DNA of 64,000 bases from an uncultured Acidimicrobiales bacterium (GTDB taxonomy: Bacteria > Actinomycetota > Acidimicrobiia > Acidimicrobiales > DATKAS01), in contig CAVSCP010000007.1 in assembly GCA_963726495.1 (NCBI GenBank), forward strand, positions 81,847-145,846. Direction: 5' to 3'. Each line of letters begins with the position of its first letter. Position 1 is the stretch's first letter. The notes under the pieces are model-generated. The model was not told the origin of the DNA. It worked only from the letters and a program-made list of their open reading frames with translations, and ran no database searches. Below are positions 11,567-22,663 of the stretch, one piece after another. The translations under genes were made by a program, and so were the position numbers.

Positions 11567-12682
11567 ATGAGCGCGGTCCGCACCGTCGAGCAGCCCGACG
11601 CCGTGCCGACGCCGTCGCGCCGACTGCGCATCTCCCCGAAGCGGATGCGTCAGATCGCGTGGGTGGTCGCCTTCATCCTCGTTCGCGCTGTTCGGGCTCC
11701 CGTTCCTTCTGCAGAAGGGCTGGGTGCCGCTCCCGTCCCACAGCGCGGCCTCGTACTGGATCGGCATCTTCACGTACGTCGTCATCTACAGCCTTGTCAC
11801 GCTCGGCCTCGGCCTGCTGATCGGCCGGGTCGGCCTGGTGTCGCTGTGCCAGTTCATGTTGCTGTTGGTGGGCTCATGGGTCGCGGTGCGCTTCGACCAG
11901 CTGTGGCCCTGGCTTCCCTATCCCGCGGTGTTGCTCGTCGCGGGCATCGTCACGGGCGCGATCGGCACGCTCATCGGCCTTCCCGCGCTGCGGCTGTCAG
12001 GTCTGTACCTCGCGCTCATCACGCTGATGGCGGCCGCGGCCATCACCGTGCTGCTCAAGGTGCAGCAGTTCCCGAACGGCGGCGGTGGGTTCTGGGGCGG
12101 TCAAGCAGGGCAGCCCCATCTCGCAGATCAGTCGGCCGTCGATCGCGCTCGGCGACACCGCGTTCTACCGCTACTGCGTCTGCGTCGCGATCGTCATGTT
12201 CCTCATCGCGTTCTGGCACGTGAAGACCAAGCCGGGCCGCGCGTGGGCCGCGATCCGCCAGAGCGAGGCCACCGCGCTCTCGGCCGGGGTGCGGACGACC
12301 GTGTACAAGCTGTGGGCCTTCGCCCTCGCGGCGTTCTTCGCGGGCGTCGCCGGCGGCATGCTCGCCTCGCCGCCGGGCGTGAACATCAACCAGCTCAGGA
12401 CGCAGGACTCGATCGCGATCTACGCGGTCACTCTCGTCGGTGGCGTGTACACCTTGGCGGGCGCGGTTGTTGGTGGCGCTCGTGTTCCGGCTCGTGCCCG
12501 CACTCTTCGAGCAGTGGGGCATCGGCGTCGAGTGGTTCACGATCCTGTCGGGCGTCGGCATCTTGCAGGTGCTCCTCACCGCTCCCGGCGGCATCGCGCA
12601 GCAGGTGCCCCACGACTTCGGCAACCTCGGCAAGAAGCTGTTCGGCGCGGTCGACCGGGAAGAACAGGGCGGCGAAGGCTGA
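11567..12682 (+). pseudogene. branched-chain amino acid ABC transporter permease (LivM-like), frame switches
   Basis: ATG at 11567, 3 nt after the LivH-like stop. Peptides include GRVGLVSLCQ, GRAWAAIRQSEATALSAGV and LFEQWGIGVEWFTILSG. Confidence 0.65.
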
Positions 12683-12745
12683 TGCAGCCGCACCGGCACC
12701 TGCACCAGCGGTCGTGCCGAGCATCGAGGCAGTGGAGCCGACGTC

Positions 12746-13461
12746 GTGATCGAGGTCGACGGCCTGACCGTCCGATTCGGCGGCGTCGTGCCGCTCGATC
12801 AGATGACGATCACGTTCTCCGCGGGCACGTGCGGGCTCATCGGGCCCAACGGCGCCGGCAAGACCACGTTCTTCAACGTCCTCAGTGGGTTCGTGCGGCC
12901 GGTCGCCGGCGTCGTCCGTGCGTTCGGCGAGGACCTGCTCTCGATGGCCGACTTCCGCCGGGCGCGCTGGGGCGTGCGCCGCACGTTCCAGACCGAGCAG
13001 GCGATCGCGAACCTGCCGGTCTACGAGAACGTGCTGCTGGTCCTCGAGCACACGAAGGGTGAGCGCTCCAGCCGCCGCCAGCAGGTGAACAAGGCGATCG
13101 AGTTCGTGGGCCTCGGCGATGTCGCGCAGAGCGAGGTCGGCACGCTTGGGCGCCGCGCAGCGCCGGCTCGTCGAGGTCGCGCGGGCCGTCGTCGGCACGC
13201 CTCGCTTGGTGCTTGCTCGACGAGCCTGCGGCGGGCCTTCCCGAGGAGGAGACGCTGCGACTGGGCGACGTCATCCGCAGCATCCCGGGCGAGATCGGCG
13301 CGCAGGTGATCCTCGTCGACCACGACATGAGCCTCGTGTCGGGATGTTGCGAGACGACCGCGGTGCTCGACTTCGGTCGTCTCATCGCCTCGGGGTCGAC
13401 GGCAGAGGTGCTGCGCAACGAGCACGTGATCCGGGCGTACCTCGGCACCGAGGAGGAGCGT
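12746..13461 (+). pseudogene. ABC transporter ATP-binding protein (LivG-like), two frame switches
   Basis: Walker A GPNGAGKTT, Walker B LDEPAAGL, C-terminal IRAYLG. No stop codon precedes the next ATPase in the frame that is open. Confidence 0.7.
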
Positions 13462-14210
13462 GTGAGCGCGGTCTCGACGGCGCCCGAGCGCACCGCCGCG
13501 ACGTTGTCCATCGTCGACCTCTGCGTGCCGCGCGGCGGTCGCGAGGTCCTCCACGACGTCTCGATCGACATCGCGCCCGGTGAGGTCACCGCGCTGCTCG
13601 GCCCGAACGGCGCGGGCAAGTCGACCCTCGTCCTCACGGTCGCCGGCGCGATCAAGCCGACGTCGGGCACGGTCAAGCTCGGCGACGAGGACCTCACGAA
13701 GCGCCGGCCCGAGAAGATCCGCCAGGCCGGTCTCGCGGTCGTGCCCGAGGGGCGGCGGCTCCTGCCCGCGCCTGACCGTCGCGGACAACCTCCGCGTCGC
13801 GACCTACGCGCTGACTCCCGATGAGGCGCGTCAGCGGCATCGACTACGCGCTCGAGCTGTTCCCCGAGCTTCGCGACCGCTGGGAGGCACCGGGTCGCTC
13901 GCTCTCGGGTGGCCAGCAGCAGATGGTCGTGCTCGCACAGGCGCTCGTGTCGCGCCCGACCGTGTTGCTCGTCGACGAGCTCTCGCTCGGCCTGGCGCCC
14001 TTGGTCGTGAAGCGTCTCGTGCCCACGCTCGGGGCGGTCGCGCAGTCCGGCGTCGCGGTGCTGCTCATCGAGCAGTTCGCGCATGTCGCGCTCGGGCTCG
14101 CCAACGCGGCGTACGTCCTCGAGGGCGGGCGCATCCGCTACAAGGGCACCGCGAGGGAGCTGAAGGAAAACCCCGAGCGGCTCCACTCGGCGTACCTCCT
14201 GCGCACCTGA
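13462..14210 (+). pseudogene. ABC transporter ATP-binding protein (LivF-like), two frame switches
   Basis: Candidate GTG start at 13462. Walker A GPNGAGKST, signature LSGGQQQM, Walker B LLVDELSLGL. Confidence 0.7.
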
Positions 14211-14212
14211 TC

Positions 14213-15063
14213 GTGGAAGACCTCGCCGGCAAGGTCGCCGTCGTCACCGGGGCCGCGTCGGGCATCGGGCGCGCGCTCGCCGAGCGGTTCGCCGCCGAGG
14301 GCATGCGGGTCGTGCTCGCCGACATCGAGCGGCCCGTGCTCGAACAGGCCGCGAACGAGCTCGCGGCGACGGGCGCCGACGTGGTCGCGATCCCGACTGA
14401 CGTCAGTCTCGAGGACGACGTCAACGCGCTCGCAGCGCAGACGTTCGAGCGGTTCGGCGACGTCCACCTGCTCTGCAACAACGCCGGTGTCGGGGTCACG
14501 CGGCCTCCCGATCGCGGAGCTGCCGTTGCGGGACTTCGAGTGGGTGATCAACGTCAACCTGTTCGGCGTGATCTACGGGCTGCGAGCGTTCTTGCCGCAG
14601 ATGCGCGCCAACGACGTCGGCCACATCGTGAACACCGCCTCGGTGTCGGGCCTCTACCACCTTCGGCGCATGGGCCCGTACAACGCGACCAAGGCCGCGA
14701 TCGTCGCGCTGAGCGAGACCCTGAAGTTCGAGCTCGACGCGGAAGGAAGTCACGTGGGGGTGTCGGTGCTGTGCCCGAGCTGGGTGCGCACGAACCTCTC
14801 GACCGCTGACCGCAACCTTCCCGAGCGGTTCGCCTACGAGCTCGAGACCGAGCAGATGGAGCAGCTCGAGCAGTACAAGGCGAAGCGACGCGAGCAGCGC
14901 GACACGCTCGCGATCGAGCCTTCAGCCGTGGCCGATCAGGTGTGCGCGGCGGTGAAGGAGAACCGCTTCTACGTCATCACGCACCCTGAGAGCGTCGGCC
15001 GTGTTCGCCGAGCGGGCCGCTCGCATCGTCGCGGGCGAGAACCCGATCGAGCCGCCTCAGTGA
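14213..15063 (+). pseudogene. short-chain dehydrogenase/reductase (SDR), two frame switches
   Basis: TGAASGIGRA, NNAG and YNATK (Tyr-x3-Lys). Switches near 14500 and 15000. Confidence 0.75.
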
Positions 15064-15500
15064 GCGCTCACGCGCACGACGGGGATCGTGCGACCCGCGC
15101 CGCTGGCCTTCACCTCGTAGTCCGCGTACGGCGGATAGATGCCGACCATCAGCTCCCACAGTCGGGCGCGCTCGGCGGCGTCTTCGACCGTCTCGGCGAT
15201 GCCCTGCACGACGAGCGCCTTCTCCTGGATCGTCACCTGCGGTTCGGCCACGAGGTTGAGGTACCAGAGCGGATGCTTCGGACGACCGCCGTACGACGCG
15301 ATGAGGATGAAGTCGTCGCCGTCATGGCCGTAGATCAGGGCGTTGCGACGAAGCTGGCCCGACTTCCGGCCCCGGGTCGTGAGCACGATCGTCGGGAACC
15401 CGCGCCACAGGTAGAACTCGCCGCCGTCGTTCTCGACGTACTGCCGGGTGTGGTCGGCGACCCAATCCGTTGCGCTGTCGAGGGGCTCGTCTGCTGCCAT
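15057..15500 (-). CDS. nitroreductase-family deazaflavin (F420H2)-dependent oxidoreductase (DDN-like)
   Basis: Intact 147-aa ORF. TTRGRKSGQLRRNALIY...GGRPKHPLWYLNL is typical of this family. Confidence 0.75.
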   Translation of the reverse strand: MAADEPLDSATDWVADHTRQYVENDGGEFYLWRGFPTIVLTTRGRKSGQLRRNALIYGHDGDDFILIASYGGRPKHPLWYLNLVAEPQVTIQEKALVVQGIAETVEDAAERARLWELMVGIYPPYADYEVKASGAGRTIPVVRVSAH

Positions 15501-15562
15501 TCGACCGACGCTACCGTCTTGTCCGCGTTCGACTCCGTGTCGTCGACCCCGAGGGGGACACC

Positions 15563-16397
15563 ATGACCGAGAAGGCCCAAGCCGAGCTCTCGAAGACGTG
15601 CTGTCGCGCTACGAGGGCTCGCCGAACCCCCGTCTGCGGCGAGATCTGCGAGGCCGCGATCCGTCACCTCCACGCGTTCGTGTCCGAGGTGAACCTCACC
15701 CGCGACGAGTGGTTCTCCGGCATCCAGTTCCTGACAGGGCCGGTCAGATGTGCGACGACACGCGCCAGGAGTTCATCTTGCTGTCCGACACGTTCGGCAT
15801 CTCGACGCTCGTCGAGATGATCAACTACGACGCGGGACGAGGGCTCGCACCGAGAACACAGTGCTCGGACCGTTCCACGTGCCCGGCTCACCGCACCGAG
15901 CGAGGGGCGAGACGATGCTCGTCGATCCCGACGAGGGCGACCGTGTCGTCATCCGCGGCACGATCACGAACGAGGACGGCAAGCCGATGGCTGGGGCCAC
16001 GCTCGACTGCTGGCAGAACGCGACCCACGGGTTCTACGCGGTGCAGCAGCCCGGCATCCAGTCCGAGTTCAACCTCCGCGGCATCTACACGACCGACGAC
16101 GACGGCACCTACGAGATCCGCACGGTGCGGCCGGTGCCCTACCCGATCCCCTCCGACGGGCCAGCCGGCGACATGCTCAAGGCGAACAACCGGCGCTGGA
16201 TGCGTCCCGGCCACACCCACATCTGGGCCCGCGCCGACGGCTACAAGGACTTGATCACGCACGTGTTCGACGTCGAGAGCGAGTTCCTCCGCGAAGACCC
16301 GGTGTTCGGCGTCCGCGACAGCCTCATCCGCTCGTTCAAGCCCGACGACGACGGCGAGCTCGCGACGACGTTCGACATCGTGCTCGAGCGCGCGTGA
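15563..16397 (+). pseudogene. intradiol ring-cleavage dioxygenase (hydroxyquinol/catechol 1,2-dioxygenase-like), at least 4 frame switches
   Basis: GPFHVPGSP, LDCWQNATHGFY and RPGHTHIW in the intact C-terminal ORF (15750-16397). The N-terminal helical domain is split over frames. Confidence 0.75.
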
Positions 16398-16862
16398 GCG
16401 TCGCCCAGCCCCACGACGACAGCGGCACCGACAGCCCCACGATGCTCTACCTCGTCGGAAGAGCCGATCGGGTCGTGCGGCGGGCGATGAACGAGGTGCT
16501 CGCCGCCCACGGCGTGTCGTTGAACCAGTACACGACGCTGAGCGTGCTCGCTGGCCGCGGAGGCCTGTCGAACGCCCAGCTCGCCCGTCGCTCGCTGGTG
16601 TCACCGCAGTCCATGAACGAGGTGCTGCTCGCGCTCGAGCAGCGCGGGCTCGTGCAGGCGGCGCGCGCATCCCGATCACGGTCGCATCCTCCAAGCCCAA
16701 GTGACGCCGAAGGGACGCAGGCTCCTCGAGGCATGCGAGGCCGAGGTTGCCGGGCTCGAGGAGCGCATGATGAAGGGCTTGAGCGCGCAGGAGCGGCGGT
16801 CGCTGCGGAGCGCGTTGCTCGAATGCGTCCACTCCCTCGACGGGGGCCTCATCGGCCGCTGA
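16394..16862 (+). pseudogene. MarR family transcriptional regulator, one frame switch
   Basis: GVSLNQYTTLSVLAGRGGLSNAQLARRSLVSPQSMNEVLLALEQRGLV, then QVTPKGRRLL... in another frame (switch near 16670). A 4-nt overlap with the dioxygenase stop. Confidence 0.75.
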
Positions 16863-16874
16863 TGGCCGTGACTA

Positions 16875-17679
16875 ATGCCTGCGACCCGCCCTCCCGCGCA
16901 GACGAGCCGGCCGACGCTGCAGTCGGTCTCGATCGCGCTCGACATCATCGATGCACTCTCCGATGCTCCCGAGCTCAGCCTGAGTGAGCTCGCCCGTCGC
17001 GTCGGTGTCGCGAAGAGCACGGCCCATCGCACCTGCGCAGTGCTCGCAGAGCGCGGGTTGCTCGATCGCACCGAGACCGGCGGCTACCGGCTAGGGCTGC
17101 GGTTCGTCGAGTACGGCCACATCGCCACCGAGCGCACCGCGGTGAAGGATCGCGGGCTCCCGTTGCTCGTCGAGCTGCGCAACGCGCTGGGCGAGACCGT
17201 GCAGATCGGTGTGCCGGCCGGAGCCGACGTCGTGTACGTCGAGCGCGTCGAGGGCCAGCGCGCGCTGCGGTACACGACGAACTCGCGGCGGTCACCGGTC
17301 CACCGATCGAGCGCCGGCAAGGTGCTGGCCGCCTACCACCCCGACATGGTCGAGGCACGGGTGCAAGGCGGGGCTCACGCCGAGCACCGGGTACACGATC
17401 GTCGTGCCCAAGCTGCTGGTCGCCGAGCTCAGGCAGGTGCGGGCCCAGGGGTTCGCCCGGAGCGTCGACGAGACCGAGCTCGGCTTGTCCTCACTCGCGG
17501 TGCCGGTCACGACCGCCATGGACGGTCCGGTGATCGCTGCCATCTCGATGGTGGGACCGACGGCGCGCGTCATCGGGGAGCACGAGGCGCATCACGTCGC
17601 GACGCTGCAGGCGGGAGCGAAGAAGCTCGGCGACGCGATCGGCAAGGGCGAGTACGCGCTGCGTCGGCGGTCACGCTGA
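16875..17679 (+). pseudogene. IclR family transcriptional regulator, one frame switch
   Basis: The wHTH peptide LSLSELARRVGVAKSTAHR and the effector domain GLSSLAVPV...AISMVGP. Switch near 17370. Confidence 0.8.
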
Positions 17680-17733
17680 CCGGGCGCGCCCCCAGCGAAC
17701 TCGCGCGAATAACCCGCCAGTTTTGGCCGGTTC

Positions 17734-18823
17734 TCAGAACGAGATCACGGCGCGGGCGACCTCGCCTCGCTTCATCGCCGCGAAGCCGTCGTTCGCCTGG
17801 TCGAGGGAGATGACGTCGGACACCATCGACTCGAGGTCGAGCAGGCCGCGCTCCCAGAGGCCGATGTAGCGCGGGATGTCGACGCCTGGGCCGGGTGCCG
17901 CCCATGAACACGCCGACGAGTGACTTCGCGCGACGCAGGGGAAGTGCGGGCAGCTGCAGCTCGGCGTCGTCTGCGAAGACACCGACGATGTAGGCGTTTC
18001 GGCCGGGGGCGGCCATCTCGAATGCCTGCCGCGCGGTGTCGGCGCGGCCGATCACCTCGAAGGCGTGGTCGACGCCTTCGCCCGTGAGCGCTCGCACCGC
18101 CTCGACGGGGTCGACCTGCGAGGCATCGACGGTGTCGGATGCCCCGAGCTTCTGCGCGAGCTCGAGCTTCGACGGCGACACGTCGACCGCGACGATCCGC
18201 GACGCACCCGCGATGCGGGCGCCCTGGATGACGTTCAAGCCGACTCCGCCGCACCCGATCACCGCGACCGTGTCGGTGGGGCGCACGCGAGCGACGTTGA
18301 ACACCGACCCGAGGCCAGTGACGACCGCGCAGCCGACGATCGCGGCGAGCGTCGGTGGCATCGACGCCGGCACCCGCACGAGCGCCCGTTCGTCGACCAG
18401 CATGCGGTCGCTGAACGATCCGATGTTCGCCATCGTCCCGATGGCGCGCCCGTCGGTGGTGAGGAGCCGTGCCCGCTCGCCGCGGGGCCGCCTCGTCGCG
18501 TTCGGGTTCGAGCACACGAACGGCTCACCCTGCTCGCAACGTGCGCACGTGCCGCAGCCGACGACGAGGCAGGTGACGACGTGGTCGCCGACGGCCACCG
18601 ACTCGACTCCGGGGCCGACCGCTTCGACCACGCCGACCGCCTCGTGGCCGAGCAGCACTGGCCTCGGCCGGGTGAGCACTCCGTCGAGGTAGTGGAGGTC
18701 GCTGTGGCACAACCCGGTCGCCAGTGTGCGGACTGCGACCTCGCGAGGCCCCGGCGAGTCGACGTCGATCTCGGTGACGACGAGGAGGTCGGATCCGTCA
18801 TCGAGCACTGCTCCCACGGTCAT
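17734..18823 (-). pseudogene. zinc-dependent alcohol dehydrogenase family, one frame switch
   Basis: GLCHSDLH, GHEAVGVVEAVG, CGTCARCEQG and VIGCGGVGLN. The C-terminal 60 aa are in ORF 17734-17982. Confidence 0.8.
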
Positions 18824-18897
18824 GCGTCGGACCGTACCCCCGGGGCGACCGGGCGGGCCCAAGCTGCCACCCACACAGACACACAGAATTCTTCGGT

Positions 18898-18941
18898 GCC
18901 ACATCGGCGCCGATTCGATATCGATTCGGTGCCGACGTGGC
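18898..18941. promoter_or_regulatory. 44-bp imperfect palindrome with an AT-rich core (candidate operator) in a divergent promoter region
   Basis: GCCACATCGGCGCCGATTCGA TA TCGATTCGGTGCCGACGTGGC. The 21-nt arms have 3 mismatches and the perfect core is TCGATATCGA. It lies between the ADH start (18823) and the PEP-utilising gene (19076). Confidence 0.35.
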
Positions 18942-19075
18942 AGTCGGAAAACGGGGAGGTGCGCGGCGGGAGCCAGGGGAGACGGCGGGCTGGCGCAGAC
19001 GGTGCTCCGTCGGATGGGCGCGCGGCGAACCTCACGAGCGCACAGGCGCGTGGATAGCATCCGGCCGCACGCCGG

Positions 19076-20812
19076 ATGCTTGGGGGAGTTGCCGTGGCTG
19101 AGATCGTTCCCGTCGACCAGTTCCTCGACTGGTACCCGGGTTGGACACCCGAGCTCACAGACAGCCCGTGGGTGTCCGAACGCAGCGGCCCCTTCCGGAA
19201 GGAAGACGAGAGCCGCTTCTGGTTCGTCGACTTCCACTGGCCTCGCGGCTTCTCGCCGATCGGCTACCTGTACGTCACCGACTGTGCGTCATGGGGCACG
19301 CAGACCGCCGCGCACTTCCTGCCCCTCCCGCCGGCGAAGGGCTTGGTGCAGCGCATGGGCGGCCCCTTCCCGTACGAGGGAGAGGTCACCACGACATCCG
19401 AGTGGGAGCTCGGCTTCCGCGCGCAGCGCATCGAGCGCAACATCCCTCCGTTCCTGCAGAACTTCGACGCGATCTGGGAGGCGCGGAAGTGGGAGCTCGA
19501 GCTCGGGTTGGGCTACTTCGAGGGCTACGACTTCGCGGGCAAGTCCCTCGCCGAGATCGGCCAGTTCATGGTCGATGCGCGCACGTTCCACAAGCGCGCG
19601 TGGGAGATCCACTTCGAGCTGATGTACCCCTTGCTCGGGATCTACCTCCAGATCTACGGGCTGTGCGCATCGAACGGGATCGACCCGGGGCAGGTGGCGA
19701 AGTTCTTCCAGGGCCGTGACTCGCGGATCATGGAGAACGACCGAGCGATGTGGCAGCTCGTGGGCGAGGCTCGGCGGCTCGGCGTCGCCGACCACTTCGC
19801 GACCGAGCCCGACAAGATCCGCGACCGCCTCGCGACCGCGGGCGGCAACGCGTCGGTGTGGCTCACGCAGTTCGACGACTTCCTGAAGGTGCACGGCTGG
19901 CGCACCGAGGGCATCGCCGACACGAACATCCCGTCGTGGATCGAGAACCCGGCCTCACCGCTCGGCCAGATCCGCAACTTCCTCGAGATGGACGAGCCGC
20001 ACGACTTCGAGAAGGCGGCGACCGCGGCGCGTGCCGAGCGCGACGAGGCGGTCGACTCCGCGCGCTCGCAGCTGAGCGGCGAGATGCTCGGCGCGTTCAA
20101 CGAGCTGCTCGCGATCAACCAGGTCGCGAACTTCGCGTGGTGGAACGAGGACCACAACCACTACATCGACCTGCGGGCATCGATCCCGCTGCGGAGAGGA
20201 GCGCTGGCGCTCGGCGCAGCTGCCGGCGCGGAGCAGTACGACGACGCGCTGTTCCTCTTCTTCCCGGAGTTCGTCGATGTGTGCTCGGGCCGCAAGCAGT
20301 GGAAGGACCTGCAGTCGATCGCGACCGCTCGCCACGAGTACTACGACCACTACAACGCGATCCGCGACACCATCCCCAAGGTCGTCGGCACGCTGCCCGA
20401 CAAGATCGAAGATCCGGTCCTCATCGAGATCTTCGGGATGCACGACCACTACTTCGAGCGGATGAAGAGCGACCCATCCTCGACTCAGATGTCGGGCTTC
20501 CCGGCATCGGCGGGCACGGTCAGGGGGAAGGCCCGGGTGATGCTGTCGGCGACCGAGCTGTTCGATCTCGAGGAGGGCGAGATCCTCGTGTGCGAGGCGA
20601 CGTCGCCGAACTGGACTCCCGCGTTCGCCCTCATCGCCGCGTGTGTCTGCGATGGCGGCGGCTCGCTCACCCACGCGGCGATCGTGAGCCGCGAGTACGG
20701 CATCCCGTGCGTCGTGGGCTGCTCGGTCGCGACCTCGCGGATCAAGACCGGTGATCTCATCGAGGTCGACGGGTCGAAGGGGACCGTGACGATCCTCGAG
20801 CGCGCCGGCTGA
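19076..20812 (+). CDS. PEP-utilising-enzyme family protein with a C-terminal swivelling phosphohistidine domain
   Basis: Intact 578-aa ORF. The C-terminus GGSLTHAAIVSREYGIPCVVG is the PEP-utilisers mobile-domain signature. I do not recognise the N-terminal ~450 aa as an ATP-grasp domain. Confidence 0.65.
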   Translation: MLGGVAVAEIVPVDQFLDWYPGWTPELTDSPWVSERSGPFRKEDESRFWFVDFHWPRGFSPIGYLYVTDCASWGTQTAAHFLPLPPAKGLVQRMGGPFPYEGEVTTTSEWELGFRAQRIERNIPPFLQNFDAIWEARKWELELGLGYFEGYDFAGKSLAEIGQFMVDARTFHKRAWEIHFELMYPLLGIYLQIYGLCASNGIDPGQVAKFFQGRDSRIMENDRAMWQLVGEARRLGVADHFATEPDKIRDRLATAGGNASVWLTQFDDFLKVHGWRTEGIADTNIPSWIENPASPLGQIRNFLEMDEPHDFEKAATAARAERDEAVDSARSQLSGEMLGAFNELLAINQVANFAWWNEDHNHYIDLRASIPLRRGALALGAAAGAEQYDDALFLFFPEFVDVCSGRKQWKDLQSIATARHEYYDHYNAIRDTIPKVVGTLPDKIEDPVLIEIFGMHDHYFERMKSDPSSTQMSGFPASAGTVRGKARVMLSATELFDLEEGEILVCEATSPNWTPAFALIAACVCDGGGSLTHAAIVSREYGIPCVVGCSVATSRIKTGDLIEVDGSKGTVTILERAG

Positions 20813-20815
20813 GAG

Positions 20816-21878
20816 CTAGACGGCGACCTGCTCGTGCCTCGGCGCGGCCTCGTCGATGAGGTGCTGCAGCATGCGCCGTGCGCGCAGCGGCCCTGCGTCG
20901 ATGCTGAGCATCACGGGCCGCAGAGCGTCGGGGCCACCCGCGCGGTCGTACGCGCGCTGCTGGGCCTCGACCATGGGGCGGTCTTGCTCTTCGAACGCGA
21001 AGCGGCGGAGGCGGGTGAGCTGCTCGGCGACTCCGGCCTCGGTCTCCTCGGGCGGCAGGCCACCGAGCTGCACCGCGGCGATGTGGTACATGCAGCTGGT
21101 GCGAGTCGATCGGCGTGAGGATGTGGGTGCCGATCACCGTCATGCCCTCCTCTCGCTCGGCGCCCGGAGGGCACACACCGGCGTGGTTGCGCAGTGAGGC
21201 CGGAGCGTCCCAGCGCATCTCGGCCCAAGTGTCGACCGGCTCGCCGTCGTTGCGGTACATGAGGTCGAACAGCTTCGACGGCGCGACGTCGCATGAGGTG
21301 CGGGTGACGAAGAGCGTCGTGCCCTCTTCGCGGATCTCGGTCTCGGCGTCGACCATGCCGCTGTGGCCGAGCAGGCCCTCGTGGAGGAAGTTCACGTGGC
21401 TCAGGTCGAGGAGGTTGTCGACCATGAGCCGGTAGTCGACGTCGAGCACCATGTGATCGCGCTTGCTCACCACTCCGGGAGCGCCTTCGTCGAGGTAGGA
21501 GAAGTCGGGGATGAGCGACGCGTCAGCGGGCTCGCTGCCGATCCAGACCCAGACGAGCGTGTGGCGAACCTCGACGGTGAACGAGCTGAGGTGCAGCGCG
21601 GGCGTGATGCGTCCCGTGCCATGCGGGTTCACCACACACATGCCGTTCGAGTCGTAGCGCAGGCCGTGGTACGGGCACTGCACCTCGTCGCCGCACAGCC
21701 GGCCCTGGCTGAGGGGAGCGAAGCGATGCGCGCACTGATCCTCGATCGCCGCGACGCTGCCGTCGAGCTTTCGATAGAAGACGATCGGCTGCTCGCAGAT
21801 CGTGCGGGAGACGAGCTGATCAGTGGAGAGGTCGTCGTCCCACATCGCGACGTACCACGTGTTGCGCAGGTGCTCCAT
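20816..21878 (-). pseudogene. Rieske (2Fe-2S) oxygenase, alpha-subunit/VanA-like, one frame switch
   Basis: Rieske motif CAHRFAPL...CPYHGL. The C-terminal 90 aa are in ORF 20816-21091. Confidence 0.75.
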
Positions 21879-21961
21879 GAGTCGAGTGTGCAGGCAAGCG
21901 ACGCCGGACACTGAGCCGAGCGTCCCTCCCTGGCGAACGGCTCGGCTCGCGGCCGGCCGCA

Positions 21962-22663
21962 CTACCAGGGGTGGACGGAGCCGTCCCAGCGCCGGAACGT
22001 GCCGGAGTCGTCGAGAGTGAGGCCGTCGACCATCGCGACGATGCCGGCGGCGCCCTCCTCGACGGGCATGTCGGCGCGCGAGCCGCCCATGTCGGTCTTG
22101 AGGAAGCCGGGATGGATGCAGACGACCGTGATGCCGGCATCGCACAGGTGCACCGACTGCCGCACGCTGATCATGTTGAGCGCCGCCTTCGACGCCGTGT
22201 AGCTGACGTCGCGACCGAGCGTGTGCGCCACCTCCATCGAGCCCGCCTGCGACGACACGTTCACGACTCGCGGCCGCGCCGATGCACCGAGGCGATCGAC
22301 CACCGCGCGGGTGAGCAGCATCGGACCGACCGCGTTCACGCGCATGACCTCGAGGAAGTCGTCGCCGCTGATCTGCAGCACGTCTCGTGCGCCGTCGTCG
22401 ACACCAAGTGCGCGGGCGTCGATGCCGGCGTTGTTGTAGAGGACATCGATCGGCGCAGGCCCGAGCGCGTCCACGAACGTTGCGATTGAGTCCTCCGACG
22501 CAATGTCGACCGCCTCGACGTGCGGCGTCAGCGATCGGAGCCCGCGTGCGTCGGCCGGTCGGCGGCAGCCGCCCCACACCTCGTCCCCGCGGCTTGCGTA
22601 GATCCGAGCGAGCTCGAGGCCGAGTCCACGGTTCGCTCCGGTGATCACGACCCGCTCGCTCAC
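21962..22663 (-). CDS. short-chain dehydrogenase/reductase (SDR)
   Basis: Intact from GTG 22663. Contains TGANRGLGLE, NNAG and YTASK. Confidence 0.8.
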   Translation of the reverse strand: MSERVVITGANRGLGLELARIYASRGDEVWGGCRRPADARGLRSLTPHVEAVDIASEDSIATFVDALGPAPIDVLYNNAGIDARALGVDDGARDVLQISGDDFLEVMRVNAVGPMLLTRAVVDRLGASARPRVVNVSSQAGSMEVAHTLGRDVSYTASKAALNMISVRQSVHLCDAGITVVCIHPGFLKTDMGGSRADMPVEEGAAGIVAMVDGLTLDDSGTFRRWDGSVHPW

